Positions 1-6,908 of a DNA stretch of 27,038 bases are shown one piece after another (the stretch's first letter is position 1; each line of letters opens with the position of its first letter). The stretch comes from Candidatus Hydrogenedentota bacterium. Lineage in GTDB: Bacteria; Hydrogenedentota; Hydrogenedentia; Hydrogenedentales; SLHB01. The notes under the pieces were generated by a model. The model made no database searches. It saw nothing but the letters and a program-made list of their open reading frames with translations, and had not been told where the DNA came from. The stretch spans positions 1 to 27,038 of the forward strand of contig JAWXCN010000191.1 in assembly GCA_034408725.1 (NCBI GenBank), given 5' to 3'. Made by a program: the position numbers and the translations under genes.

Positions 1-36
1 ATTCGTTCGATATGAAGTTTGGAAATCAGACCTTAC

Positions 37-68
37 ATCCCCCTAAATCCCCCTTCAAAGGGGGACTT
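37..68. repeat. Short C/G-run hairpin element (TCCCCCT-TCAA-AGGGGGA) resembling a small dispersed repeat
   Basis: ATCCCCCTAAATCCCCCTTCAAAGGGGGACTT; 7-bp stem at 48-54/59-65; single copy in the window. Confidence 0.35.
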
Positions 69-326
69 TGAAGATCGGATTATGCGTGTGACTTTTGCCC
101 GGATTTGGGATTTAGTATTTTTTCGCGCGCTTTGGCAATCGCGAACTGGGCCACAATTCCGGCATTTATCTCCATCGCACTCATTTACATTGTAACTTGC
201 TGTGCCTCGCACGTTTCCGGTCCATTGAATGCGAGCGCCACTCCTTCGTCATGATCTCCGAGTTTCAATGGTAGCAAACAGAACAAAGGCTGGCGCTACC
301 CCAGCACAGTCGAAGGAGCGTTGGAT

Positions 327-821
327 ATGCGTACGTACATCTTGGCAGCCCTCACAGTTGCGCTGGTTTCAGCGCCGGCCTGGGCAGACCGCACAAGCGT
401 TCCGGTGCGCACAGGCTCCACGTCAGTCCATTACAATGATGGCAATGTCGCGGTAAAACATGGACATGGCAATAAGCACGGAAGCGGTCATGGCCCGGGA
501 TTCATCCCGAGCACGCGACCCGGCCCAGGTTATACGATCCAGCCGTATCCCGGCGGCCACAATCATGGGCATCGTCACGGTCAGCATTGCCGCTGGATGC
601 CTGGCCACCATGAGACGTTCTACCGTCAGGTTTGGGTCCAGGGTCATTACGAAAACCGGTACGTGCCCGCGGAGTATCGCAAACAGATTTATAACGGCGT
701 TGCGCAAACGGTATGCGTCCGTGAAGCGCACTACGCGCAGATTTGGGTGCCGGGACATTACACCACAGTGACCGATCGCCGCTGGTGCGAGGGCTACTGG
801 ACCTGCCACCGCCATTGGTAA
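327..821 (+). CDS. Secreted His/Gly-rich protein with YXWGXW-like (WxPGHY) repeats
   Basis: AAGGAG at 313-318, 8 nt before ATG 327 (preferred to TTG 321); signal peptide MRTYILAALTVALVSAPAWA; repeats WMPGHH, WVQGHY, WVPGHY, WCEGYW. Confidence 0.75.
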   Translation: MRTYILAALTVALVSAPAWADRTSVPVRTGSTSVHYNDGNVAVKHGHGNKHGSGHGPGFIPSTRPGPGYTIQPYPGGHNHGHRHGQHCRWMPGHHETFYRQVWVQGHYENRYVPAEYRKQIYNGVAQTVCVREAHYAQIWVPGHYTTVTDRRWCEGYWTCHRHW

Positions 822-838
822 CGCTCATGACTTGTTCA

Positions 839-876
839 AAACCGGCCCGCGGCGAACTCGTGCCGCGGGCCGGTTT
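839..876. terminator. Probable bidirectional intrinsic terminator between convergent genes
   Basis: 15-bp perfect stem AAACCGGCCCGCGGC / GCCGCGGGCCGGTTT with an 8-nt loop, flanked by A and T tracts. Confidence 0.8.
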
Positions 877-1403
877 CATTTCTTTTTATCGAACGAATCC
901 TTGATGCGCTTTAAGTGTTCGCGGGCATCGTCACCCAGCCGATCTTCGAGAAAGTTCGTGGAAAACTTCTCGTAGTTCGCGCGCATATGCGAGGTGCTGT
1001 TGGTTAGCGTCTCCTCCACGATGGTGAGAAAATGTTCCGGGGACATCACCAACGAGCCGAGTCCGCGGCAGAGATCGCGAATCCCGCGATCTCCGGTGAC
1101 GACAACAATTTCGCGGCGGTTTGCCGCGGAGTATACATACCGTTCGATCACCGCGTCGGCCGTGAGGTGCGCGGGAGAATAGATTACTTCGAGGCCCGGC
1201 GCGCCGGGGGAGGGGGCATGTTGTTGGGCGTTCTGTCCGCGGCCGTCAAACACAATCGTCGCGGGTTCGCCCGTGGTCCCGGAATAGCGAGATACACGCT
1301 CGACAAGGGCGTCGCGCGCGGATTCAAAATCGGTTCGCGTCAGTTGCAATAAACGCGGACACTGGTAAATGACGTTGTAGCCGTCGATGTAATAAATTGG
1401 CAT
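876..1403 (-). CDS. NYN-domain (YacP/Rae1-like) ribonuclease
   Basis: PIN/NYN acidic motifs IDGYNVI, IVFDG, TADAVIE, VVTGDRGI; 175 aa. Confidence 0.85.
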   Translation of the reverse strand: MPIYYIDGYNVIYQCPRLLQLTRTDFESARDALVERVSRYSGTTGEPATIVFDGRGQNAQQHAPSPGAPGLEVIYSPAHLTADAVIERYVYSAANRREIVVVTGDRGIRDLCRGLGSLVMSPEHFLTIVEETLTNSTSHMRANYEKFSTNFLEDRLGDDAREHLKRIKDSFDKKK

Positions 1404-1423
1404 GTGACGTTGCGAGCTTTGCG

Positions 1424-2110
1424 TCAGACGACACTGCGTTCCGCGTCGACCTTGGACTTGAAATTTAGTAACGCCTCGCCCAGGCGCGAGCTTCCCTTGA
1501 AAATGCTTGAGCTGCCGAGCACAAAACTGCGCGCGCCCGTGTTCGCAAGTAGCGCGGCGTTTCGCGCGTTGATGTTTCCGTCCACTTCGATTGTAATGCG
1601 TCGTTCCCGGTATGCGGCGTTTTCGTGCAGGATGCGCACGCGTTCGAACGAGTTTTTGATGATGGTCTGGCCGGCGTATCCGGGATCAACGGTCATCACG
1701 AGCACGCGGTCTACGGAATCCATCAGGAAATCCAGTTTTGTCAGCGGCGTTGCGGGATTGATGGCGATGCCGGGAGACGCGCCGGTCGCGCGGATTTGCG
1801 CGAGGGTGCGGTGCGCGTGGGGGCACGTCTCGACGTGGATGGTAATGGCGGAACACCCGGCTTCGGCGAAGCGTTCGATATATGGTTCCGGTTTCGTGAT
1901 CATCAAATGCGCATGGAACGGCAAGCGGCACACGCGCCGCGCGGCTTTGATCAGGTCGAAGCCCAGCGTAAAGTTCGGCACGAACAGACCGTCCATGATG
2001 TCGAAATGGAGTTCGTCGCAGCCGCCCTGCTCGAGCGCGCGGAGATCATCTTCCAAACGGGCAAGATTCGCGCACATGACTGATGCGGCATATCTGAGTT
2101 TGTCGTTCAC
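1424..2110 (-). CDS. Ribulose-phosphate 3-epimerase family protein (AlsE-like features)
   Basis: HFDIMDGLFVPN, HLM, IHVE, MTVDPGYAGQ, EVDG motifs of the Rpe/AlsE barrel; GTG start. Confidence 0.88.
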   Translation of the reverse strand: MNDKLRYAASVMCANLARLEDDLRALEQGGCDELHFDIMDGLFVPNFTLGFDLIKAARRVCRLPFHAHLMITKPEPYIERFAEAGCSAITIHVETCPHAHRTLAQIRATGASPGIAINPATPLTKLDFLMDSVDRVLVMTVDPGYAGQTIIKNSFERVRILHENAAYRERRITIEVDGNINARNAALLANTGARSFVLGSSSIFKGSSRLGEALLNFKSKVDAERSVV

Positions 2111-2176
2111 GGAATTCCAATCTCGGTTAATTTTCCGGGCATACTAACATGGACGGCCTGGCCGGAGTCGCGCGAA

Positions 2177-2318
2177 GCGCCTTGGAGTGCGGTAGCGGAG
2201 TCCGCTTCGGACGCAGTTACCGCTTTCGATTCGGATTGCTGGGGGGCTCGAGTGTTGCGTGGCGCTGATGGTCGCTTGAAGTAAAAGCGGTAGCTACCGC
2301 TACCGCACCCCAAGGCGC
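2177..2318. repeat. REP/REPIN-like inverted-repeat element
   Basis: Outer arms GCGCCTTGGAGTGCGGTAGCGG (2177-2198) and CCGCTACCGCACCCCAAGGCGC (2297-2318) match 21/22 as inverted repeats; inner TACCGCTTT (2218-2226) pairs with AAAGCGGTA (2284-2292); related half-copy at 20978-21006. Confidence 0.7.
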
Positions 2319-2326
2319 GGGTTATG

Positions 2327-3241
2327 TTAGTTCAGGAAGTTTTCGACTGCTTCCAGCGTGGGCATGGCGGCTTGTGCGCCGTGGTTCAATGTGGCTAGAG
2401 CGCCTGCGGCGTTTGCGAATCGGACTGCTTCGAGCGCGGACACTGTCCCCCACTTCAACGCGAGCGCGGCGGTAAACGCGTCGCCCGCGGCGACCGTATC
2501 TACCGCATCAACCTTGAACGCGGGGACGTGCAGCCATTCATCGGCATTCATGTACAGCGCGCCTTTGGCGGCCATCTTCACAACAACATCGCGCGCGCCG
2601 CGCTCGATCAGTTGCGTGGCCGCTTGTCGCGCCTGATTGATCGACGCCACTGGTAAACCGGTCATCGCTTCGGCTTCGGTTTCATTCGGAGATAGGACTC
2701 CCGCGAGTTCGAGAATGTTGTCGGGCACGGATTGCGCGGGGCCCGCGTCGAGGATGGAGAGCACGCCGGCATTACGCGCAGCGCTCAGTACGGCCTTGAC
2801 TGTTTCGATTGGAATTTCGAGTTGAAGCATCACCACGTCGAACTGTTGAAGGTTACGCGTGAACGCCGCGACATCTTCCGGCAACAGGCCGTTGTTCGCG
2901 GCGGGTGTGACGACGATTGAGTTTTCTCCCGAATCTGCGACTTGAATCACCGCTGTGCCGGTGGGTTCGGCGGCGTGCGTTTTAAGGAACCGCAGATCGA
3001 TTCCTTCTGCTGACAAACTTGCCCGCTGCATCTCTCCGAACACATCGGCGCCGACGCATCCCGCGAAACTCGTCGCCGCTCCGAGCCGCGCCGCGGCCAC
3101 GGCCTGGTTCGCGCCTTTGCCGCCGGTAAATGTGGTGAAAGAATGACCGATGAGGGATTCGCCGGGCTTGGGTATGCGCGGCACGCGCGTCACCAGATCG
3201 ATGTTCGCACTGCCTACGACGAGAATACGACGCGAGGACAC
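2327..3241 (-). CDS. rbsK: Ribokinase (PfkB family)
   Basis: VVGSANIDL, GGKGANQAVAAARLG, PNETEA, DTVAAGDAF motifs. Confidence 0.9.
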   Translation of the reverse strand: MSSRRILVVGSANIDLVTRVPRIPKPGESLIGHSFTTFTGGKGANQAVAAARLGAATSFAGCVGADVFGEMQRASLSAEGIDLRFLKTHAAEPTGTAVIQVADSGENSIVVTPAANNGLLPEDVAAFTRNLQQFDVVMLQLEIPIETVKAVLSAARNAGVLSILDAGPAQSVPDNILELAGVLSPNETEAEAMTGLPVASINQARQAATQLIERGARDVVVKMAAKGALYMNADEWLHVPAFKVDAVDTVAAGDAFTAALALKWGTVSALEAVRFANAAGALATLNHGAQAAMPTLEAVENFLN

Positions 3242-3359
3242 TCTGTGACGCTCCTAAAAAACAACCAAGTTGGTGGAGAGCATAGTCAGAATCGAGCGCA
3301 AAGGGAAGTTGCTCACCATTATTCTGAGCTAATGCGGATTTGCATGATAGAGTTTAGGT

Positions 3360-5099
3360 ATGCGCATTCTCTGGACCTATCTGAAACCGTATAAATGGAC
3401 CGCCGCGCTTTCGTTGTTGTTGGCGGGGATCAGCCAAGTGCTGTTGCTGGTGGACCCGATCATTTTCGGGAAGATTATCGACGACTACGCGGCGCAGCGG
3501 GGCGTAAAAACGGATTCGGAACTGGTTTCGGGCGTGTTGAAGTTGCTGGCGCTTGCGGTGGTTGTGGCGGTGTTGGCGCGGTTGACAAAGGCTGTGCAGG
3601 AATATGTCACGCGGCTGGTGGTGCAGAAGTTTGGCACGAAGATTTTCAATGATGGATTGCGGCAGACGTTGCGGTTGACGTATCAACAGTTTGAAGATCA
3701 GCGTAGCGGCGAGACGTTGGCGATACTCTTAAAAGTGCGGACGGACACTGAACGCTTCATCAACACGTTTATTAACATCCTGTTCTCGTCGCTTGTTGGA
3801 GTTGCATTTCTGACGTGGTACGCGGTGACCAAGCACTGGGCGCTCGTGCCAGTGTTCCTGTTCGGCTTGCTTGGTTTGGGCGGATTGACGGGGCTGTTGA
3901 GCCAGAAAATAAAAGGCCAGCAACGGTTGATCGTGCGCGAGACCGCCAGAAGCTCCGGATTTATTACGGAATCGCTGCAGAATATTGGATTGATCAAGAG
4001 CCTGGGGTTGACATTCCCTGAAATCCGGCGGTTACAGGCGCAGACAATCAAAATATTCGCGCTGGAAATGGAAAAGGTGAAGCGCATCCGGCTGCTGTCG
4101 TTCTTGCAGGGAAGCATGCTGAGTTTATTGAAGCTTTCTGTTTTGTTCACGCTGTTGTGGCTGATCTTTCGCGATGTGCTGACCACCGGCGAATTGATCG
4201 CCATGCAATTCATATCGGTTGCGATTTTCGCCCCTCTACAGGATTTGGGCAACGTCATTCTCGCGTATCGCGAGGCGGAGGCATCGCTGCACAATTTCGG
4301 CCGGCTGATGCAAAAGCCCGTTGAACGGCGACCCGAATCGCCGATCGAGATTGGGCTGGTGAATCATTTGCGGTTTACGAATGTGGTGTTCCGGCATAAA
4401 GGAGCGACGCAAAATTCTCTTGATGGCGTTTCGTTCGAGGCGAGTCTAGGCGATACGATTGCATTCGCCGGGCCTTCGGGTTCGGGTAAATCGACGTTAG
4501 TGAAATTGCTGGTCGGTCTATACCAACCGGATAGCGGCGAAGTATTTTACAACGACATCTCAACCAAGGACATCCGATATAACCAGGTGCGGCGGCAGAT
4601 CGGTTTTGTGACGCAGGAAACGCATTTGTTTGCGGGGACAATCCGGGAGAACCTGCAGTTTGTTCAACCCGAAGCGACCGATGTCGAGATTTTGGAAGCA
4701 CTCAGGCAGGCGTCGTGCGATGAGTTGTTGGCGCGATCGCCCCTGGGAATCGATACGGTCATCGGCGAAAGCGGGGTAAAACTGTCGGGCGGAGAGAAGC
4801 AGCGCATTTCGATTGCGCGAGCGTTGATCCGGCAACCGAGGCTGCTGATTTTTGATGAAGCGACTTCCGCGCTGGATTCCTTGACGGAAGAGCAGATTAC
4901 CGAGACGATTAGGGAAATTTCCGCGAAGAAGGAACAGATTACGATTCTGATTGCGCACCGGTTGTCGACGATCATGCACGCGGACAACATCCATGTGCTC
5001 GAACGCGGGCGGATTGCGGAAAGCGGGAGTCACGACGCGTTGGTCACGCAGAACGGCCTGTACTACGCGATGTGGCGCCAGCAGATCGGGGAGCGTTGA
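3360..5099 (+). CDS. ABC exporter, fused permease and ATP-binding domains
   Basis: N-terminal TM helices; Walker A GPSGSGKST, signature LSGGEKQR, Walker B LLIFDEATSALD, IAHRLST. Confidence 0.93.
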   Translation: MRILWTYLKPYKWTAALSLLLAGISQVLLLVDPIIFGKIIDDYAAQRGVKTDSELVSGVLKLLALAVVVAVLARLTKAVQEYVTRLVVQKFGTKIFNDGLRQTLRLTYQQFEDQRSGETLAILLKVRTDTERFINTFINILFSSLVGVAFLTWYAVTKHWALVPVFLFGLLGLGGLTGLLSQKIKGQQRLIVRETARSSGFITESLQNIGLIKSLGLTFPEIRRLQAQTIKIFALEMEKVKRIRLLSFLQGSMLSLLKLSVLFTLLWLIFRDVLTTGELIAMQFISVAIFAPLQDLGNVILAYREAEASLHNFGRLMQKPVERRPESPIEIGLVNHLRFTNVVFRHKGATQNSLDGVSFEASLGDTIAFAGPSGSGKSTLVKLLVGLYQPDSGEVFYNDISTKDIRYNQVRRQIGFVTQETHLFAGTIRENLQFVQPEATDVEILEALRQASCDELLARSPLGIDTVIGESGVKLSGGEKQRISIARALIRQPRLLIFDEATSALDSLTEEQITETIREISAKKEQITILIAHRLSTIMHADNIHVLERGRIAESGSHDALVTQNGLYYAMWRQQIGER

Positions 5100-5146
5100 T
5101 TCGTGGTGTGTCGTCTGCGAGTGCGGGCGCACAGGAGCGATAAGCG

Positions 5147-6058
5147 TTAACGGTTTTGCAGCAATTCTTGCTTGAGTTTCTTTGACTCCTCAAGCTGCTC
5201 CGGCGTCAATTCTTTTTCCATCGATTCAATCATGCCCATTGCGCCTTCGCTGCCGTGTTCCGCGGCGATACTGCACCAGGCGTGCGCGCGCACGACGTCT
5301 TTCTCGACACCATTGCCGCGGAGGTACATCCACGCCACGCCGCTCTCCGCGTCCGCGTCTCCCTGGTCCGCGGCCTTTTTAAACCAGTTGAACGACTCCG
5401 CAAGGTCCTTCTCGACGCCAACACCGCCGAAATACAACTGGCCCAGGCGAATCTGTGCTTCCGCGACGCCCTGATCGGCGGCTTTGCGATACCATTTCGC
5501 GGCTTCGACGTCATCTTTGGATACGCCGCGGCCCTGCGAGACCATCCACGCAAAATCCATCTGGGCTTGGGCGTGACCCTGGTCCGCGGCTTTACGATAC
5601 CATTCGACAGCGGCGGCCAAATCCTGCTTCGTGCCCAGCGGCACGCTGTGCATCTCGGCCAGCGCATATTGCGCATCGGCAAGTCCTTGTTCCGCCGCCT
5701 TGCGATACCAGTCCAACGCTATCGGGAAATCCTGCGCAACGCCTTCCCCTTGGTAATACATCGCGCCGAGCCGGTACTGGGCGTCAGCGTTTCCTTTCCC
5801 GGCGGCGAGGTGGAACCATTTCGCGGCTTCGCCTAAATCTTTTGCGATTAGTTTGCCTTCCTGGTAGGCAGTGCCCAATTGGAGTTCGGCTTTGGGGTCG
5901 CCTTCGAGTGCGCCGGTTCGGATCGATTCGATAGTTTGGGCATCCGTGAGCAGAATGGAGTGCTTGAGATCGTCGTTGACATCCCCCAAAAGCGCAGGCG
6001 ACATGGACACGACGGCAAGGCAGATTGGTAAAACCGATTTCTTCAAAGCGGCGATCAT
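5147..6058 (-). CDS. Secreted Sel1-like (SLR) repeat protein
   Basis: N-terminal hydrophobic signal; about 6 repeats of the AQxxLGxxYxxGxGVxxDxxxAxxWYRKAAxQG type. Confidence 0.92.
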   Translation of the reverse strand: MIAALKKSVLPICLAVVSMSPALLGDVNDDLKHSILLTDAQTIESIRTGALEGDPKAELQLGTAYQEGKLIAKDLGEAAKWFHLAAGKGNADAQYRLGAMYYQGEGVAQDFPIALDWYRKAAEQGLADAQYALAEMHSVPLGTKQDLAAAVEWYRKAADQGHAQAQMDFAWMVSQGRGVSKDDVEAAKWYRKAADQGVAEAQIRLGQLYFGGVGVEKDLAESFNWFKKAADQGDADAESGVAWMYLRGNGVEKDVVRAHAWCSIAAEHGSEGAMGMIESMEKELTPEQLEESKKLKQELLQNR

Positions 6059-6405
6059 GTTTTTGCCCGCGCGTTCAGCTTCCGCTTTGCAGTGCGCATC
6101 CCGCCCCTCGACTTTGCGGAGATGGGTTCAAAACCGACCACCAGTTGGACATCGAGTTCACGAGCCACTCGCCGGAGCATTCGCAGTGAATGGCCTTCGT
6201 ATTCCGTTGATTCCAACCGGCTGATTTGTTGCTGAGTCGTTCCAGTGCGCCGCGCAAGTTCCTTTTGCGACAAACCTGTCTTCTCGCGAATTCGCGCCAG
6301 TTGGAGAGCTACATCCCATGCCTTGCCAGCTTCATCAAAACGCAGGGCAAACTCGGGGTCTTTGAGCTCATTCTCAAGATAGCGATCGAAATTTGTTTTG
6401 CTCAC
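6055..6405 (-). CDS. XRE-family HTH antitoxin (HigA-like)
   Basis: IREKTGLSQKELARRTGTTQQQISRLES HTH; its GTG start overlaps the toxin TGA stop. Confidence 0.88.
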   Translation of the reverse strand: MSKTNFDRYLENELKDPEFALRFDEAGKAWDVALQLARIREKTGLSQKELARRTGTTQQQISRLESTEYEGHSLRMLRRVARELDVQLVVGFEPISAKSRGGMRTAKRKLNARAKT

Positions 6406-6760
6406 TTCCTATTCCTTTCTTGCCAATCCAGCATCCTCGCGCGCGCGACTTTCAGATCATCCACCGGGATTTTTCGGGCTTTATGGCGAACCCCATGCAC
6501 TGCAATGATTCGACGTCCATTCGCGAAGAAGAAGAGCACGCGTGTGTTCAGCACGCCTACATGCCGCAACTCGTAAAGCCCTTCTCCGAGCGCCTTTGAC
6601 AAAGGGGATGATGGTAACCACGATTCCGAAGTTTCACGAGTCCAGCGAGTATGGCAGCGTGGTCGTCGCAATTGCTTCGCTATAAGTCCTGCAAAAAATC
6701 CTGGGCTGGACATTTTCCACCCGTTGTTTCGTAAAATAATACTGTAAAAGCGTTTGTCAT
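6402..6760 (-). pseudogene. RelE/Gp49-like type II toxin, inactivated by a premature stop and a frameshift
   Basis: From ATG 6760 reads MTNAFTVLFYETTGGKCPAQDFLQDL*RSNCDDHAAILAGLVKLRNRGYHH (TAG at 6682-6680), then shifts frame in the C4 run at 6607-6604 into PLSKALGEGLYELRH...RVLFFF...IIAVHG...ARARMLDW. Confidence 0.8.
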
Positions 6761-6763
6761 GCA

Positions 6764-6799
6764 ACACCAAATTTAGTGTGATTCGGTTCATAGATTCAA
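6764..6799 (-). promoter_or_regulatory. Putative TA promoter with overlapping palindromic operator
   Basis: Minus-strand TTGAAT (6799-6794), 18 nt, TAAATT (6775-6770); imperfect palindrome ACACCAAATTTAGTGT (6764-6779) just upstream of ATG 6760. Confidence 0.4.
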
Positions 6800-6908
6800 T
6801 CGCTTATCACTATCGTGGTTTGTGTCAGCCGTGTCAATTCATTGTCCCGGAATAAACAAACTTGGACTTGGCTTAGTACAATGGAGACATCGGGATAGCG
6901 AGAAAAAT

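Noticed and set aside
6402-6791. 129-aa ORF as an intact toxin
   Set aside because: Its N-terminal half is off-frame; the family-like N-terminus is in another frame and contains a stop.
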